The notes: generated by a model from the sequence alone, not told the origin. 64,000 nucleotides of DNA from Selaginella moellendorffii (GCF_000143415.4 NW_003314322.1:62001-126000); one strand, 5' to 3'. Shown: positions 39,601-53,812, counted from the first letter of the stretch. Made by a program: numbers and translations.

Positions 39601-40458
39601 AACATGCTTCGAGCTTCTCTTTGAACAATTGAGGATCCATCAGCTCCGGAACCACGACCCCTTTCATGCTCTTCTCCAGAAGAGGAGAAAACCATGACAA
39701 AGCTGCACCTTCGAGCAACGTCCCAATCGTGCCGATTTGAGACTCGGGAGTGGGGTACCGCCGATGTTGAAGTGCAAAGATCAGCTCCATTTGGTTCAGA
39801 AATCCGCGAAGCTCCGAACGCTTGCTTGAAAATTTCACCTGGAAACTCACCTTTGGTTCAGGAACTTTGCTGGATCCTTGAGCCGAAAGTGAAGCAAGCT
39901 CCTACTGCATGCAAAGAAGGGTCGCCTTCAGCTTGGTATTCTCAAACTAGATTTTTGCAAGGACTTCAGCAAAGAAATCAGGATGGCTTGGAGACTCCAT
40001 TGGCAAGAGGAAAGAAAAAAAAAGGGAAAAAAGACAAAGGCAATCAAACAATCAAAACGAGCTAAAGCAAAAGCAAAAAGCACAATCTGAATCAAACTGT
40101 TAAGACCCCCAACAAGATCAAGATTGGAAAATGCAAAAGACAAAGAGAAAAGCTAGTGGAAACAAAAAAGAGGCCTTAGACTGGCATTGATTCAGATTGT
40201 GGAGAAATGGAACAAGGCTAACCTATATATACTATAGGTCGATGAAGCTCCACCACTCTCGGATCGAGGACGGCCTAAATATAGCTGAGGTCAAGGAGGC
40301 GCTACATCAATATCCGGAATGTGGCTTGAGACTCAGGAATCGTACAGGAAATCAGAGAGTCAGGAATAGGGAAGTGTCTCGAGAATCAGGAATGTGGTCT
40401 GTAGGTCAGAAATCCAGCGAGAGTCAGGAATGTGGCAAGAATTGGGGGATTCCTGACA
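36621..40458 (-). mobile_element. Second, inverted part of the same chromovirus: 5' LTR, gag, PR, RT, RH, truncated at start of integrase
   Basis: Translations nearly identical to 29205-32436. LTR at 40098-40458, followed by CAATG. Confidence 0.93.
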
Positions 40459-40965
40459 CAATGCTGCTGTTTCTCTTTGCGACACTATGATCGAGCTTGA
40501 GGTTGCAATAGAAGGTGGAAAGGACAGATTGTCAATGGCTGCTCAAGCAGCTGGTGAAACTGTCAAGGCACTTGGGAATCTCGTATTTGGTACACCAAAC
40601 AGCTCTTTTCTCATGAGCTTACATTCTTCCTTTTCTCTTCCAAAAGGTACTCCGACACTAGAGCATACAGTCAATCCAAGCTCGCGAACATCTTCCATGC
40701 CAAAGAACTGGCAATGAGATTCAAGGTATTTGTCTAATGCTTTGAAATCTCTCCCACCTTTCTCTTTTGTCAATGCTTTCTCTTTCACTGATTAGGCTGA
40801 CATCACAGCCAACGCTGTTCATCCAGGGTTTATAATGACACCTTTGATGCGGTACACATGTCTCTTTGCCTCGTCATTGTTTTTGGTTACTTATGGAACT
40901 TTGATCTTCATGCAGGGGTTCTCAAGTTTTCTCCAGCTTCCTTTTGAAAAATGTGCCACAGGTAA
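40459..40965 (+). repeat. Direct copy of 18803-19333 (unknown exon + SDR fragment)
   Basis: MIELEVAIEGGKD and the SDR exons recur with small indels. Confidence 0.9.
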
Positions 40966-43900
40966 CCTATTATTATTTGGTAGTATATATTTCTAAATTT
41001 CTAAAAATTTTATATATATTTCTTTTAATATTTATTTTTAATATTTATTTTCTAATTTATATAAATTTAAAAAGTGTAATGAATTTTACAAATCATATTT
41101 TGTCTACAGGAGTAGAGTTTTCTATAAGATTCAATTTAAAATTAATATAATTCACAGCTGTAAATAGTATTTTTATAAATTTTTTGATAAATATATGCTA
41201 TTTATGTTATAAAACAATAATAAATTTTATATTATTTGAAACAAAAAACTTTTATTATATTTTTATTTCATTTTAGTATGATATCTAATTTTATAATTTT
41301 ATTATTTATAATTTTTTAAATTTAAGAAAGTGAAGAATAAAATCCAAAAGTAACGATTTACTCACAGATGACAAACTTAATACTACAATGTTTTCCTCTA
41401 AATTAAAAAATTAAATTTAAATAATAAAATCTTCAGATTTTTCTTAATACATAATACATATAAATATTAATATGTATATTGTAATGTGTTAGATCCTTGT
41501 TTATATTTAAAACATTAATCCTTATATAATCTAGGATAGTTGGTGATCATGTTCACCTTTATATAATTGCTCAATAGTGAGTAGTGTTGAATAATTTAAT
41601 TGTAATTTATTTTTGATTGAAGTCCATAGTTTTATCATAAAGCATTATTACCGGTTTAATTTTTGTGACCACTGCGAGTAGTTTTTAGGTTGTTTCCAAC
41701 TTTAAGTAACCGATGATTATAGATAGATTTACTTAAGTATATATTTAAATGTAAAAAAAAACATATAATAGAAATTCTATTAATATTTAGTAAACTATGA
41801 AGTCTACTATGAGACAATCTTGAATAAACTATGAAAAAATCTTGAATAAAATTATTGGAGGTTTCATACTTTATTAAATCTTTTGAAGTCATAACTTTCA
41901 TAAGCTTTTATAGTCATAACTTCTAGCATGATATCATTTAATTATAATCTTCATGAAGCATAGTTTATTATTTTCGACTTTATTCCTAACAATCTAAATA
42001 TTTAATTGGGAGTTGTTGTACTAATTTTTAATCTGAATCTCTTTTCATGAGAAGTTCATTAAGGCCACTCTTTTCAATAAAATTTTGTTCTTATTCTATT
42101 TTTTTCCTTCTCAAGTATTTTTGTTCTTTCATCATTTAAATTCATAGTAGTTATCTTTTATGTTATAAATTAGAAATGTCTTACACACTCTTGATCTATT
42201 AGTAAAGTATGTTCTGTATTATAGGTGAATTAATATTTTTATTTTATAAATATTTAATATAAATATTTTAAAAATACTGTTTCTATATTTCCCAGCAGAG
42301 TTGTTTTTTTCTCACAAATGTGATATATAGGTTTGCTCTTTTTAGAAACCATTAAATCTTATACTTTTAAATACTTAATTCACCATTTTGAGCCAAGAAG
42401 ATATTTTCCTTATGTTTTGATAGGGATTGAGATAATACAAATGCAGAAGAAATCTAGAGCAAGATCAAAAGACTTATGTAAACCATATATTTATTACTAT
42501 AGAAAATAAATCATTTCGTCAATATTGAGACAAAAGACAAAACTCATGTAAATCTGCAGATAGATTTAAGTAAGATTATGAGCAAGAAGACTGATTGAAA
42601 ATATAAAAGACTTTGCAAATTTTTTAGATATTATTAAGATATGAATTTGATATGAGATATCTTATATCATATTAGATACCAGTAGACATGAATGCATAGT
42701 TTTATCATGAAGCATTAGTACAGGTTTGTCTTAATACAAACGTTAATGAAGATAAAAGAGAATATTAGTTTAAGAAGATCTATAAAGTTTCTCTTATGTA
42801 AAAGTTTTCTTGAAATAGTTTTTCTATCTTTGGATGGATGGTAAAACTAGTGCATTGATATTTTATTTTATGTTTCCTTATCTTCCGTGATTTGTTATAG
42901 TGAGTATTATTTCTACAACAGCACAGAGGAGCCCAAAAGGTTGTTTATCTATGATATAAGAACATAAACCTCTTAGTATATAAGGAGAAAGGTAAACAAG
43001 ATACCTATGTCTATCATTAAAATAAACTACTCATTGCTATCTCTTATGGCATGACATCCAGATGACAAATATTCCAAACCATCTTAAGTGCCACCAACTA
43101 ATAAATCATAATGATATAACAAATGCACAATACAATGAATATAGATGGTAGTAAATTCTTGAAAAAATTAACCTTGTATGCATTTAAAATAGTAAGTTTG
43201 CCAACCAAGGTATATTCCCAACAGAGTTGGGATCTTTGCTATGGTAAGAGAGCACGGGTCTCAGGAGAGTTATGGTTATTAGCTTTCATTCATAAGGGTG
43301 TAAACTTACAAAAAAAGTATGGTGAATTATATGCAACAAAAAAGAACAACTTGAAAGATGATATATAGAAAATTATATATAAAGGGAAAATATTTTTAAA
43401 TAAAAATGCACATTTTATTCCAATTGGTTAAAGGTATTAGGATACTCGGGAGGTTAAATATCTTAGGGTTTGAGTAGGATGACCTCCCAAAATGTTGAAA
43501 TTCAAGAGTTTTCTCAAATAAAACAAAACTTTCAGCTTCATATATATATAAAATTTTATAAAGAATCTTACAATCTATTGTGTTGCAAAGAACTATTATG
43601 CATTTCTTAGATTTTGAGACTTTATATTTTCTTAATATATCTAGAACCATTCTCCATTACTAGTTTATGAGGTTTAATATAAATGTGGTAGCAAGCTAAA
43701 TAGATTTATTTATGTATGTTTTAAAATGTCATTATAGTTCAGATAAAAAGAATTTAACTCAGTATGCAATTAAAATTATAATTTCTCCAAACTAAACTGT
43801 TATTTTTTGGTAGTCTATAATTCTTTGGTTTTGTGAAAACTTAATTGCTTTTAAAGTATGGCAGAAATCTGTAGATGTGTTTAGGGTTGTGCACCTTTTT

Positions 43901-44514
43901 ATAAAGGCAATAAAAACATCAAATTCAAATTTAATAATGATAAAAAATTATCTTACTTCTTCAACATGCATTATTATCTATTTTTATTATTGTACATTTC
44001 TTTGAATACTAGAAAATTTTAGATAAATTTAACTTTATTTATAATAAAAATTTCTAATATTGTAAAAGTAGAAAAGAAGTATTATTTATTTTGGGTATGT
44101 TATATCTCCCAATGGAGGTAGGGTCTCTGTTAGTACTTATATATTTAAATGAAAGAGCCGGTATAATAATAGCATACGCTTATTTTGGGCATATACCAAG
44201 ATCTAACGGCTGAGATATAATTACAGAAGGTCATAACTTTTCAAATCAGAAATTTTTAATTGTGGCTTTTAGGGTGAACGAGAGCGAGGAGAAGCATGCT
44301 ATGCAAAGAGCAGGCAAATATATGGGTTACTGCAAGGTTCTCCCTCTCTCCTTCTTTCCCTGTGTGTGGGATTATATGCAGAATTCTCTTTCAGTATACT
44401 TCGGTTATAAATTATATTTTCTTCTGGTAAGAAAATGGTGCTGCGTACATGGTGCTGTGTGCATGCTGCCTCCTCTTTGATAAGGTTTGTTTACATGTTC
44501 TGCTATACTGGCTG

Positions 44515-45516
44515 AAAGTGTATAGCTTGCTTTCTCTTTTACAAATCTATCCACAACATAGCTGTCGGGTCTTGCCTCCATTTCTCTGTCACTGTTCCAG
44601 TAGCATCCAAGACTGTGTACATGACAGCCATTGAAAACCACAAGAGGTACTCACAAAGTCTTACAAAAACTTGTAGATTGATCTGTGTGGTTTTTAGAGA
44701 TTATCCAGGCTCAGGATCTTTGTATAACACACCAGACTCAGGTGGCAAGTGTGGAGTCCCATATCGAACTTATTTTCAGATGCCTGTCCAAGACATATGG
44801 TACTCGATGGCTATCGGCCCCATGCATTTCACAGTCATCTCTATAGAACATGACTGGAGCTCGACCAGCGAACAAGTATGCATTCTTATTCTTTTCATCT
44901 TTACTTCAACAAAACCTTCTTCTACAGTACGCTTGGATGAAATCTGACCTTGAATCTGTCGAAAAATTCAGTACACCATGGATAGTTTTCACAGGGCAAC
45001 TGTTTTTATCCACATTTTCATTCTGTAAACTCATGTGTGCTACTTTTCTTTCAGTCATCGACCTATGTACTCCACTCAACTGTAAACTTTACCAAATGCG
45101 GATCCAAAATTTGTAGCAGCTGTGGAACCATTGCTCTTGAGAAACAAGGTAAAACACGAGCTCTTCAAAGGGAAAACTAGAATGAAACTGTCGTTTTTCT
45201 TTTTTTTTTTTTTGCACAGGTTGATTTAGCAGTGTGGGGGCATGTTCACAACTACGAGCGAACTTGTGCTGTGTTTCAGGGCCGCTGCCTGCAGCACCCG
45301 ATCAAGGATTTAGGGGGTGTCATTTCTTTGACACTAGAATTTACTCAGCTCCAATTCATGCCATGGTTGGCATGGCCAAATTCAGCCTGGATGACTTCCC
45401 TCATAACGTAAGCTTGCAGCTTTGTTTCCTATATTCAAGCTCTTTATATGGTAATGATAGTCTACCTTTCCTATTTTTTTTGTCGACAGTTTAGTTCATG
45501 GAGCTTGATTTGAAGG
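44515..45516 (+). pseudogene. Second copy of purple acid phosphatase fragment
   Basis: Same motifs as 24935-25940. Confidence 0.85.
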
Positions 45517-45713
45517 TCAGCATTTGGATATGCAAGAGTGACAGCTGATAAGACAAAGCTACTGTTTGAGGTAGATGAATTGCGTTCTTGGTTCTTGCAT
45601 GTTATTTATTTATTTTTCATTCCAGTACATTACAACAGATGGAACAGTAGCTGACTGCCAAGCTAGACTGGGGATTTTCCAGGCCGTGAATGATTTCAAG
45701 CTTTACAAGTTCA

Positions 45714-46445
45714 ATAGTTGGCTTGTAGAGCTTGCTGATTTTCTTGACGCTGCCAAGAGCTCTTGCTTTGCTGCACAGCACCTGTTTTTGGATCTTGCCA
45801 GTCGCAGTTTTGTCCAAGGCCACGAGAATGACGACACTCTTTGGCACCATGAACTTTGGCAAATGCTGTCAACTGAACGAGAGTATCTCCTCCTTGTTGC
45901 TTCTCACGCCATGCTTGAGGGAAACAAACACACATGGAGACTCGCCCCACTGCTCATCTGGCCGCACCACCACAGCAGCTTCCAACACTGCTGGATGCCT
46001 GAAAGAAAAAGAAGCAAACTTTAATGAGAAACAAAGAAGAAAAAACTCTCCTTTTACCTGTACAAGATGCTCTCCACTTCCAGGCTGCTAATGTCCTCCC
46101 CTCCAGAAATGATAATATTCTCGATCCTTGATCTTGATGTATCCATCGGGATGCCAAACTGCAAAGTCCCCGGAGTGGAACCATCCTTCTCTAAAGCTCT
46201 CCAGCATTGCCTCTGGATTGTTCAAGTACCCCTTGAACACCATGTTCCCATGCATGCAAACTTCACCAATGGTGACACCATCCTTGGCAACCGGTTCCAG
46301 AGTTTCAGAGTTGAGCACCTGTAAGCTGTCGAGGCAAACATATTTCACGCACTGCCGAGCCTTGAGCCTGGCCTGCTCATCGGGCAAAAGGCTGTCCCAT
46401 TCGGGATTCCACTCGCACACAGTGCATGGACCACAGTGCATGAAA
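45714..46445 (-). pseudogene. Second copy of acyl-activating enzyme fragment
   Basis: GPCTVCEWNPEWDSLLPDEQARLKARQ ... KTATGKIQK ... SKL. Confidence 0.85.
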
Positions 46446-47256
46446 GAGTGGGAAGAGGCTAGCTGCCTATTTTTCTTTCTATGCACTTTATGGTTATGTC
46501 CATAATTTTGAGTAGGTGGTATCTGTGGCTATATATATTTGAATGTGGAGTCATGCTAGAGAAATGCGAAACAACATGATGACTTGAGTTCCAACCCAGG
46601 CCCAGTGCATCTGGCATATCTCTTTTTATTGACCCACCACAATGATGAGCATCTCTTATGCTAAGAAGAAAATGTAAGCTTTTAGGTAATAGCTTATAGT
46701 GCCACAACTTCGTCTGTCTGTACCAACTGTCAGCATTGCAAACTTTGTGGAGTCATGTAGAAGCCGAGACTCTGTAGGTTCTGTTGAAGGTGTTGTAGTG
46801 AGCATCAATGATATAGGCTACAACAGTGGTCAACTCACAATAATAGATAACATCAACGAGTCTGATATGATAATAGTAAGTTCAATACAGCATGTGGATT
46901 CTTCACAATAATTTATATGATGACAGCTCAAATTCCATGGCAACATGATAGAATTATTCAAAGAGTTGATGAATGAATTCTTTTCTGGAACTCCACCAAC
47001 AAAATGTTTCATTAATTTACAAGGAGACAGTTATTTCAAGAGAGCAAATGTCACAAGCATAAGCATTGTTTCATGTATAATAGATGATGCCAAAATAATT
47101 CCTTGACACTGTTTTTCGGAATATTGCAAGGGAATGCACAGGGGTAAGTGCGAAAGGAAATGAAACAAGCCCATATTAAATACATGTTTTGCAGATACCT
47201 GGATACTTTGCCCAGAAAAAGAGAATTGATTTGGGAAGTGCACATGATTCAAAGGT

Positions 47257-47258
<2 letters not shown>

Positions 47259-47291
<33 letters not shown>
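47259..47291 (+). repeat. (GA)n microsatellite
   Basis: About 16 GA units. Confidence 0.95.
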
Positions 47292-47294
<3 letters not shown>

Positions 47295-48159
47295 TTTCCT
47301 GCTACCAATGCTCCATCGCTTTCCTCCCCACCCTAAAAGGCATTTGAAATTTTTTATGATCCAAAAAGTCATGACTCTCCATTATTTAATCTCAACCATT
47401 AGATTTTAGCATATGCCCAGAATAAGCATCCCCAGTATATGCTATTATTATACTGGCTCTTTTGTTTAAATATATGAGTATGATGATGAGTATGATGATA
47501 TGATTTGGCATCTGTTTTGGCAAGGATTTGTGAACTTAAGTTTCTTTCTGCTGTTTGGTTGGAGCAATGTTCACATCAACTGCAAGGGCTAACAAGACTA
47601 GCAAAAAATATCCTGCAGAGAAGTGCCAAGAAGTATCATACTCTAAATGCTATACTCTAAATGCTGAGAGTGAAATCGTTCAGACTAACTTGAACGACCA
47701 TTTCAGCATGTGTGTCTTTCACTGTGAAATAACTAGGGTGTTTCTATTGTTCCTTAACATGCATCTAGCAGTCTTAAGCTTGCATTTGTGTTTGTTATTA
47801 ATTACCTTGGAATGAATTGCTCAGATCTCAATCTAGAACTTTAAGTTCTTGTTCTTGCTATTGGAGGTAGAAACAGGTTGTCCTATGGAGAGAGATCCTA
47901 CCTTGAGGAAGCTTGCTTTTAGGCAAATGCCTGCAAATAAAGACTATTGCAAGAATGGTTGCCTTCCAACTGTGGCAGCTCAAGGGCAATCCCTCCATAG
48001 ACTGCAAGCCATGGAGCAGTGGCAACATACATTCACTAAAGAGGCTTGTGATTAAGCTGTGGCTGGCTACACTAGCATTGGAAGGGTCCAAAAACCAAAG
48101 AGATCCCAGGAGGAGATTTCTTCCTTGCTGTATGCGAGGCATTTCATGTACCTGCAAAG

Positions 48160-51100
48160 TTCAGAAGCTCACTCATTATGAGTGGCTGAAGAACACCTAC
48201 ACTCCATGCTGCAGCACAACCTGGCTTGCTGAATAATGATATCTTGAGAATTTAAAGCACTAAAATAATAAAATAATAATACTTCCATCCTCATTCACTG
48301 GAGGCCCATGACAGATGAATCAGAACTACCAGGATCCCATGAGTCTTATGAGGAAGTATGTGAAACCTGATTTGTTCATAACATTCACTTGCAATCCTAA
48401 ATGGAAAGAGATCACTGAAAACCTTCTACCTGGACAAAAAACTGCAGACAGAACTGACTTGGTTGCATATGTGTTCCACATAAAATAACAAGAACTCATA
48501 AATGACATTTACAAACAAGAAATATTTGGCCAAGTCAATGCTTATGTCTATGTGATTGAATTCCAAAAACAAGGACTGCCACACTGTCATATATTGGTGA
48601 TCCATGGTAAAGATAATAAAATCAAAACTGTCGATGACATAGACAATATAGTTACTATTGAAATACCAGATGCCAAACTAAACCTAGAATTGTATGAAAT
48701 GGTTAAAAACCACATGATACACAGCCCTTGTAGGCCTGAATTTCCAAACAGCCCATGCAGGAGGATGGTGAATGTAAGTCAAACTACCCAAGAGATTACT
48801 GTGAAGAAACACAGAATGTCGGTGGTCAGTGTAGAAGGCGCCAAGAAGGACATACCATCCTAATAAAGAACAAACCCATCCACAACAGGTTTGTTGTGCT
48901 GTACAACAGAGCACACATAAATGTTAAGGTGTGTTCCACTATGAAAAGTGTCAAGTATATATTCAAATACATATACAAGGGACATGATTGTGTGGAGGTA
49001 CGCCTTCAAAGGGATGAGAACTCAACACCTGAACAAGTACTAGACTAGGACAAAATAGAGGCTTTCAAAAACTGCCACAATATCTCTGCATCAGAAGGAA
49101 TATGGAGGATCTATGGATATGAATTGCATGGAAGATCACATTCTATTGAGAGACTAGACATCTACCTGGAAAACCTTCAAAGTATTTATTTCAATGAGGG
49201 CAAGGAAGAGATCATATTACAAAGAGGCTGTCAAACCAAATTGACAAAATGGTTGAACTAAACAAGACTGATGAATTTGTAAGGACACTCTTGTACCACG
49301 AGATTCCTGAGTGGTATACATGGAACTCAAAAAACAGAATATGGACACCACGCCAACATGCATTCAAAGTGGTTGGTAGAATGGACTATGTATCACCACA
49401 TGACTCTGAACGTTTCTACCTATGTATGTTCTTGCTTTACAAAAAAGGTGCTATGAGTTATAGTGATTTAAAGGTACTAAACAGTGTTGCATATGACACA
49501 TACTGTTCTTCTGCATAAGAAATGGGACTTTTACAGGGTGGGAAAAACGCTTAGAAGAGTCGTTGACATTTCAGATGCCTGCAAAAGTAAGGTATCTATT
49601 CAGTAACATATGTTTGTGTTTGCAAGCTCCTTGATCCCAGAAAACTATGGGATAAATTCAAGGAAGGCATGTGTGAAGACTTGGTACAAATTCACAACAA
49701 CTATGAAACAGCAGTGCAACTTGGATTGCATAAAATGTCGATATTACTCCAGGAATATGGCAAGAAACTTTCTGACTATGTGTTACTAGATCCAGATTTT
49801 ATAAGGGATAACGGAACAACAACCAAAACAAGCTCATGCATGCCTGATGGAGCTGAATTATTTAAAACCAGACTGAACATGGAACAGCTTCACATATTTA
49901 ACAACGTCTTGAACACAATACAAAACAAAAAAGAAACAAATAGGACATGAAAGTCTTAGCAGTCACATAGACAGAAATAGCGAGTACTCTTCTTATAGGA
50001 GGCCGAATGGCTCATTCAACATTTAAGCTACTGGTACCAATCACAGAAACATCACCTCAGATCTGTGAGAAAACTCAGCACTTGCTGAGGTCATAAGGAG
50101 AGCTGAACTGCTCATATGGGGCAAGATAAGCATGGTACCATTCACACTTTTAAAGCTGTCGAGAGGGTCTTGCATGACATAAAAAACTATGATACAGACT
50201 TTGGTGCCATCATGTTAGTAACAGGAGGAGAGTTCTTACAGATGTTACTTGTTCTAAATGAACCTGTCACACACAAATTGTCCAAAACAGCGTGAAATCC
50301 TCACCAATATGGTGGAGACTTGTAAAGTTCTCATTACACACAAACATGAGGGTGAACTCTGAAGAAAAGGAATGGCCTAGATGGCTTGCGAGCCTTGGAA
50401 ATGCTAACCTACCTAGCCTCCAAGGATTCAACCAGGATGTTATAAAATTACCTCTAACATCCACCACCAGAGAACAAATGATAGAAAAAACACATACAAC
50501 CAAATGATCCAAACCTATTGCAGAAAGCTATTCTAATGACTTTAAATGATCTCTCTCTTCAAGTGAATGACCAAGTCCTTTTGAGAATGATTGGCAGAAC
50601 AATAACATACAGAAGCATTGGCATTGTAGAAACAGATTTGGATGAAGAGATGTTGGACTATCCTATAGAATTTTTAAACTCAATAACACCATCTGGAATG
50701 CCTCCACACAAGCTACATATAAAAATTGGATGTATTGTAATGTTGTTGTGCAACATCAACACTAAAAAAGGCCTCTATAAGGGCACTAAACTAATTATAA
50801 CCAAGGCGCTACCAAATGTTATAGAAGCTGAAACTCGACATAATGGTATGCAAGGAAAGAAAGTCCTTCTACCAAGAATCTCTTTAAAACTGACTGATGG
50901 AGACATGTCATTTATCCTCAAATGACAAAAATTCCCAATAAGGCTTGCATTCTCCATAACAATTTGCAAATCTTAAGGACAAACATTACAAAATGTGGGT
51001 CTCTACTTGCAAAGGCCAGTTTTTGGCCATGGTCAGCTTTATGCTGTGCTTTCAAGGGGAACATCAAAGAAACAAATTACAACGTCCATCCAACAATGTG

Positions 51101-51219
51101 AGGGACAAGATGTGCTCCAGAACCATAATGTCTATATGAAAAACATTGTGTACAAAGGATTCATGTCACCAATGTAACAGATTTCCTATCTATTCCAGCA
51201 GAGCTGGATTCCTTGCTAG
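48160..51219 (+). mobile_element. Decayed autonomous-type Helitron (Rep/PIF1 helicase) with intact 3' terminus
   Basis: LPSSFTGGP, PDLFITFTCNPKW, IEFQKQGLPHCH (HUH), KYIFKYIYKGHD (Y2), NMRV, GMPPHKL.IKIG, AFSITICKS.GQT and FGHGQLY.VLSR. Hairpin at 51194-51208, CTAG at 51216-51219 then T. Many stops; the Walker A region appears deleted near 49950. Confidence 0.92.
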
Positions 51220-51442
51220 TACCTTCTATTGCTGGCAAACCAGGGAGAAAGGAAGCACATTGCCTAGTTAAGGATGCCCAAAAATACAACTACTTATTAG
51301 AAAATCGCTAGAGAAATTTGATACAGTATGGTGATGTTGTCCTGACATAGTTTGTCATATATAAAGTTTTCTAAAAAACTTTAAGTGGACTTTTTGAAGT
51401 TCATTGAAGATATAGACGGCCGCATCTTTGATACCCTAGCAA

Positions 51443-52676
51443 ATGGAGAGAAGAATGAGTAAATTTCAGAAGTTTATCTTGCAACCAGACAACCAGTTCT
51501 GTGCAGATTGCGGCTTGCAGGGTCCCCAATGGGTGTAAGTCATTTTCCTTTCCATCTTGTTGCACCTTCTGTTGGTTCTCCAGCTCTACAAACACTGGAG
51601 TTATAATCTGTGACAAATGCTATGCTATTCATCGAAGCATGGGAGCTTCTGTATCAAAGGTAAATGTATATAACTCTCTCTTCCCAATTTGATGTCCTTC
51701 TTCAACAGCTTATGTCATTAAATTCCAACGACTGGACAGACGAAGACGTTGAGCTTATGCTGTTTATTGGTGGCAATGCAGCTGCAAATGCTGCATATGA
51801 GGCCTTTGTTCCTAAAACTTGCAAAAGACCCATGCCGGATTCATCAAATCAAGAGCGAGCAAAATTCATAAGGTTCAGGAGATGCAAAACCGTTTTCTAT
51901 ATTTATTTTTTAAACAATCAATGTTTTCTCAGAAGCAAGTATGAAAGACAAGAATTTGTAAAGCCATCTATGCGTTTGGCCTCCTCTTCTCGAGAATTGA
52001 CATTATTTTCAAAGCAAGAAGATTCTTCTGCTCTGGTTTGTTCAATGCTTCAATTCTAGAGGCAAATTAACTGCAAGGGCTGCAGGGATTTGTTGGATTG
52101 ATTCGAGTGCATGTAATAAAAGGCATAAACCTTACAGTGAGGGACTTCATGACCAGTGACCCTTATGTTGTTCTCACCCTAGGAAACCAGGTATGTGTTT
52201 TGTTACATTGAGATCATGGTTTTTTACAGCAAGTTCACAGAAGGCACAAACATGCGTGGTAAGATCATCATTAAATCCTATCTGGGACGAAAAACACCTT
52301 TTATCAGTTCCTCATGCAACCTTCCCTTTGAAACTTGTAAGCAAAAAAAGCACCATTCTTGGTCGGAAGTAAAACTATTGATTTTCTTCAGCAGGTGTTT
52401 GATAGAGATACGTTCTCAGAAGATGATACGATGGGTGATGTCTCTGTCGACCTTCAGCCACTTTATGCTGCTGTGAAAGTGCAAGAAGCAATGGGTGACG
52501 AACTTGGTAATGTGCAGGTTGGAAAATGGGTGGCTACAAGGGACAATGATCTGTCATGTGATAGCATGATATTTCTTCAGAATGGTCGTTTGCTGCAAGA
52601 TCTTAAGCTAAAGTTGAAAAACGTGGAATGTGGGGAGTTAGAGATACAGATTGAGTGGGTGCCTCCAATAGATTAG
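51443..52676 (+). CDS. ArfGAP + C2 domain protein (AGD11/12/13, ZAC-like), spliced
   Basis: NQFCADCG..PQW / GVIICDKCYAIHRSMG (ArfGAP zinc finger), SKYERQEF, VRDFMTSDPYVVLTLGNQ, VFDRDTFSEDDTMG and LKNVECGELEIQIEW, with short GT-AG introns. The start codon is tentative. Confidence 0.88.
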
Positions 52677-53049
52677 GCTTGTAGAGAATATCTTTGAAGC
52701 ATGGACGACCAGTCACCAAATAATGCTTAAGAAATTCAAACTTTGGGATTTTCCATTTTTCCTTTGTCACCAGCAAAACATAATCAAAGAATCATTAATA
52801 CGCGCTAACGCCTTTCATGAAGACGCTGGCAACACGTTGAAAACAAAATCCAAAAGAACATACCGGTCTAGAGGTTCTTGGAGGTATCCACAGCAGCAGA
52901 GGCTCTAATTGAGGCGATGAGATGAGGCAGATGCCTGATTTGTAAAGCAGTTCGTATACAACGGCTCACATTGATACATGATATGCAGATAATGTTACCA
53001 CTGCAGCATTTTCCATTTCAGCGATCTTACCGTGCTCATCACACTTCAG

Positions 53050-53230
53050 ATTATCCAGGAACAGAAGTTCCTGGATCGGCATCACACAAGTCAGTCACTT
53101 TCTTTAAATCCTTGTGAAACATGTTCACTATGCCCTTGAAGGCCTCCTCTCTGTTATTAACATCATTGTTGCTTGCTAGCTCTGTCAAGAGTGGTGGAAA
53201 GCCCAGTTCTGTTGCGTTGATGTTGTCCTG
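53050..53230 (-). pseudogene. Fes1/HspBP1-like Hsp70 nucleotide-exchange factor fragment
   Basis: NATELGFPPLLTELASNNDVNNREEAFKGIVNM resembles the plant Fes1 C-terminal ARM segment (LGFPR....LASS.D...REAALRGL). Confidence 0.45.
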
Positions 53231-53812
53231 TGTTAGTAACCAGAAAAAGTACAACTTCTAAAAACAGAAAGGACTTTAAAGTATTTCATCAGCAGTACCA
53301 GGTTTTTCTAATACTGCATTTAGTAGGGCCTCAAATGCGAGATCCTTACGAGCCCCAGGGTTAGGAAGACACCATCCAAGACTCTGGAAATAACGAGAGC
53401 GAAATGCTTTATAACTTTTTACACCTTAGAATCGAGTTGGTAAATTGTCTAGCATGGTTTTTTTTTTTTTTTTTTTGGTCATCTTGAGTTCTCTTCTCTC
53501 TTTTTTCACGCCTTTCACTCAGGCAAAGAAGTCGGTGCTGGCCATTGTCCACTGTGCCTGGTTTCTATAGTTGTTTTTTCTTAATTTAGGAGGACTGTTC
53601 CTTTTTTGTCACTATTGCAGTTTGTCTTAGCACTGACTGTGATTTATTGCAGATGCCTCGTGAGGATGTTCCTGTGATTTTGGCTGCCTCGTGGGTGTGT
53701 GATCCTGATTCATGTGTTCTCCTGTTTGATGTTTACTTGTTTACATCATGCATGACCTTCATCATGGGGACTCCTGTTTTTGTTCCTGGAGCAGGCGGGA
53801 TTTTGGGAGGAG

